Shown in pieces: positions 11,840 to 22,699 of a DNA stretch of 64,000 bases. The first letter of the stretch is position 1. The number at the start of each line of letters is the position of its first letter. This DNA is from Isurus oxyrinchus (taxonomy: Eukaryota). Location: NCBI GenBank assembly GCA_026770705.1, contig JANJGN010000031.1, positions 13,020,001 to 13,084,000 of the forward strand. The letters are read 5' to 3'. A program made the position numbers and the translations under genes. Under the pieces are notes generated by a model that saw nothing but the letters and a program-made list of their open reading frames with translations, was not told where the DNA came from and ran no database searches.

Positions 11840-12062
11840 ACTGGTAATAGTATAAAGTGATGCATTGTCCATGCAAACACCTCTATCAATCAGAGTCCAC
11901 TCGTCAACCAATCCACACTCTCTTCTCATGCAGTATAAATTGTTGTTCCCTTTACAATCTGGTATTCTTGCGAATTGTCCTGATGAGTGCAAGATGAAAA
12001 GTTTTGACAGCCTGTCTCTTTTTTCAGCAATACTCAAGTTCTGCACTATCAAACAGCTATTT
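11840..12062 (+). mobile_element. Second Penelope-like family, 3'/terminal-repeat fragment with a hammerhead-like motif
   Basis: 'tgtc CTGATGA gtgcaagat GAAA agtttt gaca' at 11976-12009. Reverse-complement paralogs at ~42350-42705 and ~55357-55430. Confidence 0.55.
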
Positions 12063-12429
12063 ATAAGTAATATATTCTTATTGAACCCGCAACCTTCTAA
12101 CTCAGAAGCAAGACCCACTACCCACTGGGCCACGGCTGACATTGTGGGAAAGGGTTGCTGCTCATTTGGTGCAGAGCAGGATAGTTTGATGGGCTGAATG
12201 GCCCTCTTTTATGCTGCATGATCCCAGGCCTTTGCTGAGTTAGACAAATTGAGTGAGCGAGGTAGGAAATTAGCAAGCAAGATCTCAGAAGTAATAATCT
12301 TCGACCTGGTGAGCTGCACTTCACTCGGGACTTGGCGGTTTGTTTGCCCACCTTGCTTTGGGCAGTACTCATGGGCATCAGCGCCAGGCCTCACAGACAG
12401 CGCCACATCACTTTTAGGGAGGGTCATGA

Positions 12430-13328
12430 GCAGGTCTCTATGTACCAGACCAGCCGTAAGCGGGGGTGGCTTTTCAATGGCTGCAGTCCTAGGGCTTGCT
12501 TGGGGGAGGGGGCAGAAGTGGCCTCAGGCAAGGGAAGAGGCTGCAGGGCGAGGGCTGGACTGGGGAAGGAGGGTATCCCAGGGTGTGTGGGAGGGGGAGC
12601 ACATGTTGATCTGTACAAGTGGCCTCAAGAGGGTGAGGGCTGAGGATGCAGACTCCAGAGGAGATAAGGCCAGATGGAGATGTGAGGGTGTGTGTGTGAG
12701 AGAGTGAGTGGTGATGTCCCTTGAGCTGGCAGTGAGTGAGATGCCAGTGAGTGTGTGATGGGTTTGTGAGTGTGTGAGTTTAGAGTGATGAGATGGTTGC
12801 CTTACCCTGGGGGCACAGATGAGATCATTCATCCTCTTTCTGCACTGGATGAACAACCTCTTCTGTGCAGCGTTGGCACTGACCCCTACTGCCATCGCCT
12901 ACCGAGCCTGAGTGGTGATGTTGCTGCCCCTCCTGTGGCCAGATCAGGGTTAGGGGACACCACAATGGGCCTCCATGGTGTCCAAAAGGTGCCTGAGGGA
13001 TGTGTCACTAAACCTGGGGGGGGGGGCAGTCTTCCTGCCTTTCGGGGCCATGTTTTATTTGCAGCCTCCCTGGGCTGGGTGCACTCAGAGGTGTGCGCGC
13101 GGCTGTACTTTAAATGTGGCTCCCGGTGTGATGAAGTGGTGAGGTGACGGTGTGGTGGGCAAATCGGACCACGCCCGCCATCGGAACAGCCTGTTTCCCG
13201 GGAATGCCTGATTAACGATGCGGGATGGGGACGGTAAAACGCGAGAAGCCGCCATTGCGGCCGGCGGGTAAAGTGTTGTCCTTCCCGCCCGCTACCACAC
13301 TTGGTGCATCTCTGGAGTGATTCCGCCC
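12430..13328 (-). mobile_element. PIF/Harbinger-like transposon remnant with a Myb/SANT-like DNA-binding pseudo-exon
   Basis: Minus-strand 13051-12806 reads approximately MAPKGRKTAP.RFSDTSLRHLLDTMEA..R*AMAVGVSANAAQKRLFIQCRKRMNDL, then a GTAAG donor. This matches the trihelix Myb/SANT pattern (RFS..L..LL ... QCRKR.NDL). TIR-like end GGGCGGAAT at 13328. Confidence 0.65.
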
Positions 13329-13651
13329 AGTGAGTTTGCTGCCTCTATGGTGAATGACATGACAGCAGAGATTGTCAGTGGAAGGCTGCCTGTTTCATCT
13401 ATGAAGTATTGTTGGAGTTTGCGGGAGTGCTAGGAGGCGGCGCACTGTCGGTATAAAGACGTCGTGTGCAAGAGGCAGCCCAGCAGAAACTCAGCTGTGA
13501 AACCAGGACAGGTTTCAAAGGAAAAGCGCCGGAAGGAAAGAACGGATCAGCTCCTTTACATCTTGTGCGTAACATAGGGAACGACTGGAGACACCCCTGT
13601 CGATGGTGGGTGACCACGGCAGCTCTGAGAGGGAGCTATGTGATGGGTGAC

Positions 13652-15179
13652 AAAACAATAAACAAAAATACCTGGAAAAACTCAGCAGGTCTGGCAGCAT
13701 CGGCGGAGAGGAACACAGTTAACGTTTCGAGTCCGAATAACCCTTCAACAGAACTAAGGAAAAATAGAAGAGAGGTGAAATATAAGCTGGTTTAAGGGGG
13801 GTTGGGACAGGTAGAGCTGGATAGAGGCCAGTGATAGGTGGAGATTGCCAAAAGTTGTCATAGACAAAAGGACAAAGGGGTGTTGACGGTGGTGATATTA
13901 TCTAAGGAATGTGCTGATAGGTGATATTAAGGGTAGAAAGCAGGATCAGCAAGGTACAGATAGCCCTAGTGGGGGTGGGGGGATGGGATTGAAATAGGCT
14001 AAAAAGTAGAGATAAAACAATGGATGGAAATACATTTAAAAATAATGGAAATAGGTGGGAAAAGAAAAATCTATATAAATTATTGGAAAAAGTGGGGGGG
14101 GGGATGGAGGAGAGAGTTCATGGTCTAAAATTGTTGAACTCAATATTCAGTCCGGAAGGCTGTAAAGTGCCTAGTCGGAAGATGAGGTGCTGTTCCTCCA
14201 GTTTGCGTAGGGCTTCACTGGAACAATGCAGCAAGCCAAGGACGGACATGTGGGCATGAGAGCAGGGTGGGGTGTTGAAATGGCAAGCGACAGGGAGGTC
14301 TGGGTCATGCTTGTGGACAGACCGAAGGTGTTCTGCAAAGCGGTCACCCAGTCTGCGTTTGGTCTCTCCAATGTAGAGGAGACCACATTGGGAGCAACGA
14401 ATGCAGTAGACTAAATTGAGGGAAGTGCAGGTGAAATGCTGCTTCACTTGAAAGGAGTGTTTGGGCCCTTGGACAGTGAGGAGGGGGAAGTAAAGGGGCA
14501 GGTGTTGCACCTTCTGCGGTTGCATGGGAAGGTGCCATGGGAGGGGGTTGAGGTGTAGGGGGTGATGGAGGAGTGGACCAGGGTGTCACGGAGGGAACAA
14601 TCCCTGTGGAATGCCGATGGGGGGGGGTGAAGGGAAGATGTGTTTGGTGGTGGCATCATGCTGGAGTTGGCGGAAATGGCGGAGGATGATCCTTTGAATG
14701 AGGAGGCTGGTGGGGTGATAAGTGAGGACAAGGGGGACCCTATCATGTCTCTGGGAGGGAGGAGAAGGCGTGAGGGCGGATGTGCGGGAGATGGTCCGGA
14801 AACAGTTGAGGGCCCTGTCAACGACCGTGGGTGGAAAACCTCGGTTAAGGAAGAAGGAGGACATGTCAGAGGAACTGTTTTTGAAAGTGGCATCATCAGA
14901 ACAGATGCGACGGAGGCGAAGGAACTGAGAGAATGGGATGGAGTCCTTACAGGAAGCGGGGTGTGAGGAGCTGTAGTCGAGGTAGCTGTGGGAGTCGGTG
15001 GGTTTGTAATGGATATTGGTGGACAGTCTATCACCAGAAATTGAGACAGAGAGGTCAAGGAAGGGAAGGGAAGTGTGGGAGATGGACCATGTGAAAATGA
15101 TGGGGGGGTGGAGACTGGAAGCAAAAATAATAAGTTTGCATTCGCAGATTTCCAGCATCCACAGTTTTTTGCTTTTATA
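13652..15179 (-). mobile_element. Penelope-like retroelement, 5'-truncated (RT C-terminus + GIY-YIG endonuclease)
   Basis: ORF 14586-15296 gives SLPFLDLSVSI..HYKPTDSHSYLDYSSSHP..IPFSQFLRLRRICS; ORF 14118-14525 gives CTSLNLVYCIRCSQCGLLYIGETKRRLGDRFAEH..PVACHFN..LQPSGLN. There is a frameshift in a C-run near 14620. 15-bp TSD tatgtgatgg(g/a)tgac at 13637-13651 and 15180-15194. Confidence 0.93.
14118..14525 (-). pseudogene. GIY-YIG (Uri) endonuclease domain of the Penelope-like element
   Basis: VYCIRC..C..LYIGET.R.L..RF.EH motif is intact, but a frameshift separates it from the RT part. Confidence 0.9.
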
Positions 15180-15725
15180 TATGTGATGGATGACTTTTCC
15201 AGAATACCTTACTGGAACATTGAGACTGTGCAGGTTGAAAGCAGATGATGAACTGATGTGTGTTTCCATGACGTATATCCACTTAATGTTTTGCAATATC
15301 TTTACAGATGTAGAAGTTTGTACTTAACTAGAACATGTTTAACAGTTTCAAAAAAGATCCAATTTCATCCCTCCTTTTGTAAAGGCACTGACTCTTGTTG
15401 GGAATTTTTCACTGGAATGAATCATATCTCTGTACCTTGTTTGAGTAGCCATACCATTAAAGGCTTTTGACTGAGTGGGTGGCATCAGAACCGAAATGTG
15501 TCTTCTTAACACCCACACATTTTCCAGCCAAAGTCTCGAAATTATCCCTTTCATCTGCACCTTCTTATTTTCCACTGCTTTAACAATTTCTTCTCTCTCT
15601 TTATTGGAGCAGAAGGAGGCCATTCAGCCCCTTGAACCTTTCCACCCATCAGTGATATCTTGACTGAGCTGCCCCTGAACTCCATTTACCTGCTTGGTTC
15701 CGTATTTCTTATTAACCTTGCCGAA

Positions 15726-16505
15726 GGGGGAGGTTTTTCCCCCTCGGTGGGGGGGGCCTGGGATTGGCCGCGGAGGGGTCCACCTCCCGCGACCGGGCCC
15801 CGATTGGCCAATTAACGGGCGGCCAGCGAGAAACGCCTGCTGCTAACCTTGGCGCTGCCGGTGTGGGGTACGGGAGGAGGGCGAGCGCTGAAGTGTGCCC
15901 GTGCGCGGGGGATGGGCTCAGGGTAAACTCCCCCGGGGGCACAGAGCCGCCTCAGGGAGCTGGCGACTTTTAACACGAGAAATAATTTTAACACGAGAAA
16001 TAAAGATTTGAAAAGTAAGGAAAACGCATCCCCGCATGTCGCATGAACAGGGACTTGTGAAAGATGAGTCTTAAACATTTTTACTGGTTTTTTTTCTCCA
16101 GTCACTGTCCGAAATCTCATCCCCCCCCCCCCCTGGATGAGGCTTCGCAAAAAAATGCAAAGGCCGCCTGGTCTAATCACCCGCCCGCCAACCATGAGGG
16201 TGGACGGGCAGCGAAACATTCAGTTTGATGCAAAGGCCGCCTGGTCTAATCACCCGCCCGCCAACCATGAGGGTGGACAGGTAGAGAAACATTCAGTTTG
16301 ATGCAAAGGCCGCCTGGTCTAATCACCCAGCCGCCGACCATGAGGGTGGATGGGCAGAGAAACATTCAGTTTGATGAATTGATTAAGGGGCTTCACAACC
16401 CTCTTAATTGTCGACTCTCGCGGTGCCCACTGACTGAAATATCACGGGAGTGCGCGATGGTGTCAGGACGCTCGCCAGACATCATCGCACGAAATCCTGG
16501 GCGTA
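15726..16505. mobile_element. GC-rich non-autonomous DNA transposon (Harbinger-like MITE family) inserted in an old CR1
   Basis: Homologous to 18576-19190 and, inverted, to 52257-52932 ('ggccaattaa', 'aaaggccgcctggtcta', 'cctcttaattg', 'atcatcgc'). An old minus-strand CR1 3' end at 15605-15725 resumes at ~16560. Confidence 0.6.
16155..16376 (+). repeat. 3 x 73-bp tandem repeat inside the MITE
   Basis: Unit atgcaaaggccgcctggtctaatcaccc..aaacattcagtttg starts at 16155, 16228 and 16301. Confidence 0.95.
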
Positions 16506-16869
16506 AATCTATCAATCTCAGCTTTAGAAGTTTCAATTAACCTCCCAACTCCCACCCCCAGCCTCAAGAGCTCATTGAAGGGGAGAGTTCCCAGATTTCC
16601 ACTTGCCTTTGGGTGAAGCTGTGCCTCCTATCATCAGCCCTGAATGGCCTAGCTCCAGTTTTAAGGTTGCGCCCACTTTGTTCTGGATTCTCGTGCTAAA
16701 GACATCTAATTCTTCAATCATAAAAACCTCAGTTGGATTACCCATTAATCTTTTGTGTTAATTCATTCTCATGGATCCCCAAATCTCTCTGCTCGTCCCC
16801 AGTTTCAGCATTTCGAAAATACTCCTGATGAACTTTTCTTGGGTCTGAAGTGCAGGACCTTTTTTTTTC

Positions 16870-17120
16870 AATTGATTTATCCATGGGATGTGGGCCTCAC
16901 TGGCAAGGCCAGCGTTTGTTGCCCATCCCTAATTGCCCTTGAACTGAGTGCCTCGCTCAGCCATTTCAGGGGGCAGTTAAGAGTCAACCACATTGCTGTG
17001 GGTCTGGAGTCACATGTAGGCCAGACTGGGTAAGGATGGCAGATTTCCCTCCCTAAAGGGGCATTAGTGAACCCGATGGGTTTTTAATGACATTTGGCAA
17101 TGATTTCATGGTCATCATCA
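16870..17120 (-). mobile_element. Family A SINE
   Basis: Reverse complement of the 984-1345 family ('atgggatgtggg..ccctaattgccctt..gagtcacatgtaggccagac..cattagtgaacc'). Confidence 0.85.
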
Positions 17121-17149
17121 TTTAGAGAGCATCAAACTGGTAAATAAGG

Positions 17150-17535
17150 GAGTGTTGATGCGTGATATTTATATGTACTTCAAGAATTCAAAGAAGGTTC
17201 CAGAGAAGTGGCTGAAGCAAAAATGAAAGTGCACATGATTTGAGGCAACTTAGTGACATAGATAGGGAATTAGTTAGGAGGTAGTTGATACAGAATCAGG
17301 ATAAATGGCACGGACGATGATGTTACTAGTGGTGGCCCCTATATTGGGGCCTCAGCTTTTCACTTTATTTACTAACATCTTCAACGAAGCAACAAAGAGC
17401 TCTATATTCAAGTTTGCTGATGGCACCAAGTTAACTCGCATGGTAAATAGTCTGGAGAGGAGTAGAAAGTTGCAAAGGGACATTGACAGATTAACTGAGT
17501 GGGCAAAAACCCATGGCAGATGGAGTTCAGTGTGA
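17150..17535 (+). mobile_element. Old CR1 RT fragment
   Basis: ILGPQLFTLFTN..IFKFADGTKL..KLQRDIDRLTEWAK. Confidence 0.75.
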
Positions 17536-18575
17536 GGTGTAGATGGGGGTAATGGTGGCGTAGTTGTAATGTCACTGCACCCAGTAAGCCCAGGCTAAGT
17601 CTCTGGGGACATGAGTTCTAATCCCACCACAACCAGCTGGTGGGATTTAAGTAAATCTGAAACTAGTCCCAATAGCCCAAATGAAAGTGCACAAGATTTG
17701 AGGCAACTTAGTGACATAGATAGGGAATTAGTTAGGAGGTAGTTGACACAGAATTGGAATAAATGGCATGGACGATGATGTTACTAGTGGTGAGCAATAA
17801 CATACCACTTTTTTGCTCCTTAGTTTTCTTTCCTGCAAATCCTCATGATTCCCACTGATGGAATATGTGCACCACAGTGCAGTAAACGTGTTCCTTTTCA
17901 GGCCATAGTGCAGGGTGACACATGATTGAAAAGAGTAGGAGAGGAGTGAGGATAGAATGAGTAATAGTGATTAGAGTTAATGGTATGTTAGTTATATTGT
18001 TAGAATGCACAGGTGAAGGCCATTGTTTAATTAAGTGCTTTGAGCACGTATAAATAGGGGACAAACATTTTAATGTAATTTATGTCAGTTTCCTTTAATT
18101 ATTTTTGTCTTCTGCTACAGTGTGCCTTTAAAAGGCTGACACTTCAATCTAACTTGTAAATTAGCTTCTCCTCTGGTTAATTTGTTTCAACCAAAAGAAT
18201 ATAAGTAGGGGACAGCTGGGACACTGGGTGTGATAAGAGAGCTGTGAGACTGAACAAGTCAATAAACTCTCTCAGTACAGAAAAAGGGGCCTGTGCCTTG
18301 GTTTTTACTTCACGGCTTAGATTCTGTTGGCAATTAGCACCAGCTATAACAAGAGTAATGTACCGAATGTGAGGATTTCCAAAAACATCTTCAATAAGGT
18401 ACCACATGGTCCAAGCATGTGGAGTCAGGGTACATGTAGCAGAACGACTAGGAAACTGGCTACAAAACAGGAAACCGAGGGTAGGGCTTAACCGTAGTTG
18501 TTCAGAAAGGGATGTCAGCTTTCCACAGGGATCAGTGTTGGGATCACGATTGTGGGGTAGGCTGGTCCGACACCT

Positions 18576-19190
18576 GGGGGAGGATTTTCTCCCTCGTCCG
18601 GTTGGGCACTTTGGGCGGGTCCAGGAACTGGCGCGAGACCGACTGCTGCCCGCAATCGGGGTCCGGCCACGACTTCACGCTGGCTGGCCAGTCGGTGGAA
18701 CGGGAGAAAAAACCGGAACTGCCTCTGGGAGCTGACCGATTTTAAAATGAGAAAATAAACTTTTCACATACGGTATAAACATGTCCCCACACGTGACTCA
18801 GTCACGTGAAGAAGGGACGTGAAAAGTAAGGATGCTGAATTTTTAGGTTTTTTTCCAGTGAGCGTTGGAAACCTCATCCAGCCCCGTGGGTGAGGTTTTG
18901 TTAAAAACGTAAAGGCCGCCTGGTCTATCCCCACCCCACCCACTCACCCCCCCCCCCTCCCCCCCCCCGCCCACCAACTGAATGGGTGAGTGGGCAGCAA
19001 AAAATGCAACTTAATTAATTACCTAAGGGCCTTAATAGGCCTCTTAATTGTCGGTGGGCGCGCTGCCAACTCCCGTGGGCACCCGCTGACTGAAAGATTG
19101 CGAGAGCGCGCGATGACATTGGGACACTCACCCAACCTCATCGCGCACTATTTCACTCCCACTCAGCTTGGGGGATGAAAATTTCTGCCT
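18576..19190. mobile_element. Harbinger-like MITE
   Basis: Imperfect TIR 'ggggaggattttc' ... 'gaaaatttctgcc'; paralog of 15726-16505. Confidence 0.6.
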
Positions 19191-19339
19191 CTGGGCTTTT
19201 CCTTGCCTCATTTTGCAGGTACTCTCGCGCGTGACAAAACCCACAAAGCCGGGACGCGGATTTGACGGGAGCGAGGCCGGGGGGTGAGGGGCTGATGAAG
19301 CCAGTGCTCTAGCGTGCTCGTAACTTCACCGATTCTGTT

Positions 19340-19582
19340 CCTCTTAAAATATGCGGAGAGACGAGACCCCTTGCCAAAACCCCAAGGGCTGCCAGTGAAT
19401 GTTTGACGTGAAATGTATCTTGTAAATGTCGCCTGGAATTGTAAGTATTGTGGGGCACCTCACCATGCTGTGTACTGTATTGAAAGAAATTGAAGTGTAT
19501 TGCGCTTCATGTAATGTCAAATTTGAACACTTACGTACAAACGTACTTATATAAATGTTATGATTAAAGTACACTTTTTTTT
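19340..19582 (+). mobile_element. Possible L1/Tx1-like LINE 3' UTR
   Basis: AT-rich 'tgtaaat..ggcacctca..atgtaatgtca..attaaagtacac' ending in a T run. The assignment is by resemblance only. Confidence 0.35.
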
Positions 19583-19844
19583 TTAGAACAAATCTGTTTC
19601 TCTTCTCCTTTGACAGTTCCTTCCATTTTTGACATCAGAGTAAGACATCCTCCATTCACCTGACCTTTCCTTTGATGTTAAGTGGCAAGTATTCATTTGC
19701 TCGCTCCAACAGTCTGTAACTTGGATCTATCTATTTTGGAAAAGAGAGCACAGTCCTTGGAACAAAAGGAGTATGAAAAGGATTCTTAAGCACTGTGTCG
19801 TCTGAATTATGAAAAGACTCAAAGCAGAGGGGGGGGGGGGGCGG

Positions 19845-20197
19845 ATGGTGGTGTGGTGATAATGCTTAGTAATCCAGAGGCCCAGGCTAATGGTCTGTAG
19901 GACAGGGGTTCAAATCCCACCACGGGCAGCTGGTGGAATTTGAATTCAACTAATAAAAGCTGGAATTGAAAGTTAGCCTCAGTGATGGTGACATCATTGA
20001 TTGATTGTCATAAAAATCTATCTGGTTCACTAATAGCCCTTTAGGGTAGGAAATCTGCTGCCTTTAGCTGGTCTGGCCTACATGTGACTCCAGACCCCAC
20101 AGCAATGTGGTTGACTCTGAAATGGCTGAGCAAGCCACTCAGCTCAAGGGCAGTTAGGGATGGGCAACAAAGGCTGGCCTTGCCAGCGATGCCCACC
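19845..20197 (+). mobile_element. Family A SINE, near full length
   Basis: A-box-like 'tggtgtggtgataatg', B box 'ggttcaaatccc', core, and LINE-B-type tail. Confidence 0.88.
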
Positions 20198-20973
20198 CTT
20201 GGGGGTGGGTGGAAGAAGATTAAATTGAAACCTAGCTAGCAACCAATGGGGGTCAAGGCTGGGTGACATTGATCTGTAAAATGCATGGCCCTCACCACAG
20301 GCACAGCACTTTAAAAAAAAGTTACGGGAAGCACGTCAGTGCGTGTTGTAGGGTTTTTGATGCTCACTTCGGGGTTTATCTGTCAGTGACCTTAAACTTC
20401 CTAAAAAGGATTGAGAGTCCGTAGCTTGAAGTGGGCCTGGCTTCTATTCCCTTGACTCTGGTGAGACAGAGTTTCCCTTTGTACAAGCTGAGCAGTCGCA
20501 AGATGTGGGGGATTTTCCTTTCTTTCCTGTGGAATTCCTTTGTTCTTGTCCTTGAGGACCTTGTGGTTGAATGCGAGGAGGAGCAGTGCTCATCACACAC
20601 ACCACAATAAAAGTCAAACGCTGAGTTGGCCGGGCACTGACTTGGCACAGCCGCCAGTTACATCCTTCACAAGCTGTTCCCGTGACACTTTTCCATCGTG
20701 TAACACTACACTACACTGCACTTCTTCCAACTACTCCAACCAGAGCTGATCCATTGCTTAATTCCCATTCCCATAAGCCCGAAAGCGCATTGCCAAGATC
20801 TGGATGCAAAAGCTCCAGCGGAGGCTGAGCCAGTGGTTTACAAAGCTCATCACTAACTTCTCTGCTTTTGCACTCCCTGCCCCTGTTTTTAAAGGGCCAG
20901 GGTCCCGTCTGCCCACTCAACCACTTTTTCTACTTGCCCTGCCAGCTTCAACGAATTAAACACACATACCCGC

Positions 20974-21225
20974 TGTACAATCACGTTCCGGGAGGCTTCT
21001 GAGTCAAACAACTTTAACCAATAAACAAACTTTATTTACACCATAGCTCCCAAGGATGCTTGTATCCAGCCAGCCCCTCAGACAGCCGCCATCTTCCTAG
21101 GAAACCTCTCCCTAGAATTTATTCCCCCTGCACATTGATTGGTTGAACAAATCACGTGACCCCCCCCCCCCCACCCCACCCCGTCAATACTCAGTTGAAC
21201 TGATCTTAAAGTGACAGTCACTGCA
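20974..21225 (-). mobile_element. Probable short Gypsy-type solo LTR
   Basis: TGTACAA start; 'tttatt' (reverse-complement AATAAA), CCAAT and E-box motifs, and 'tcttaaag' near the end, as in the LTR at 44766-45081. Confidence 0.4.
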
Positions 21226-21269
21226 CCCCAGAACTGCAATTTGGACAATTGATGAATTATATTCCTTTT

Positions 21270-21422
21270 TAATTTGTTCGTGGGTTTCGCTGGCTGGGCC
21301 AGCATTTGTTGCCCATCCCTAATTGCCCCTTGAGAAGGTGGTGGGTGAGCTGCCTTCTTGAGCCGCCGCAGTCCATGTGGTGTAGGTACACCCACCGTGC
21401 TGTTAGGGAGGGAGTTCCAGCA
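21270..21422 (-). mobile_element. LINE family B extreme 3' end
   Basis: WNSLPNSTVGVPTPHGLRRLKKAAH plus the tail. Confidence 0.85.
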
Positions 21423-22354
21423 TTGGTGCTGATCGAAGTAAAGGACCATGGGATACAGGAGGTCTGATTAGTACCTGGGTTGAACTCCAGACGTTGCTCT
21501 GTAATGTTGGGCATACATGATGTTGTATATATGCTGACATCTTGGAAAAATAATTGCACTGAATCTGAATGGCATGTAAATTTTTGACCCAAGCCTGTTG
21601 CAATATTTAATGCCTTCAGGGAAATGATAATGGTTGGTAACTTGCAAACGTTGACCTTTACGCGAGTGGGTGTAGAGCTGGAGGAACTCTTAAAGCAATT
21701 GTGTTAAGGTGTTTGCAGTCACCTCCTTTTGGTGTAGGAAGGCCGTTCGTCACAAGGACGGACGTGTTGGCCGATTAATGACTGGAGCGTGGGGACGAGT
21801 CATGTGACGGGAACCTCCAGGAATACATTTAGTCACAGTTGGCAACCCAATATAGCCCGGAGGGTACAACCTGCCCTCTGCTCCGTTCAGCGTCCTGACT
21901 AGGCCCCACCTGAAGGCCTGTCAAGAGTGATGAAGATCAGAGCAAGGCCGTGACAGGAAGTCAGTCATGGCCACGAGTTTAAAGGGCCCCCTGCTCTCAA
22001 GGATCGGTCTTCGCTTTTATGGGAGGCTCGGGGGGAGTATCCAGACTGCACAACTGGTCAGTGAGAAACCGGAAAACCACTTCCCGATCCAGCTGCAGTA
22101 GGGTTGGAGATCAGATGAGCAGGCAGGGGCGCAAACAAAGGAGTGAGCTCGTCTTGTCCTTTGGTTGTTGTCCTACCACGGTGGCTTCTGCTGAGTGACC
22201 GAACTCAAAACGATTAGCTGCAGATTTATCCTCGGAGCGTTACTACCTGGAAAGAGAAACAAAACGTCAAGTGAGACCCAGTCTCATGATTCGTGTTAAA
22301 GTGGAATATACATGTTTGAGATGCGTATAAAATAAACACAGCCAACCCCTCATA

Positions 22355-22452
22355 CAAAATAAAAACAGCTGGAAAAGCTCAGCAGGTCTGACAGCATCTG
22401 CGGAGACGGATACAGTTGACGTTTCAAGTCCGTATGACTCTTCACCAGAACA
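22355..22452 (-). mobile_element. Penelope terminal-repeat fragment
   Basis: 'ctggaaaagctcagcaggtctgacagcatc..gttgacgtttcaagtccgtatgactcttcaccagaac'. Confidence 0.75.
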
Positions 22453-22699
22453 TCATATAATATTCTGGTGTTGGCAATGGCTCAGTGAGGTTAGCAACCT
22501 TGCCCCCCCCATCAAAACATTGAAAGGTGAAGTTCCAGTTGAGCACAAAAGCGGAGGGTTGATGACCCCCCTCCAGTGTAACACTGACGGGGTGCTGCAC
22601 TCCCTGGTGTGCTGTCCGTCAGGTGTAACATTAAACCGAGACCTCCATCTGACCTCTCGGGGGGGGGGCCCCGAGAGAGCCAAAGGCAAACAGAATGTT

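Noticed and set aside
14444-15124. 226-aa Pro/Ser-rich ORF
   Set aside because: It is an alternative frame of the Penelope RT. Only its C-terminal end (HRDCSLRDTLVHS..CNRRRCNTC) is the true frame after the frameshift.
20376-20648. 90-aa minus-strand ORF as a further exon of the candidate transcript
   Set aside because: No convincing splice sites or recognisable homology.
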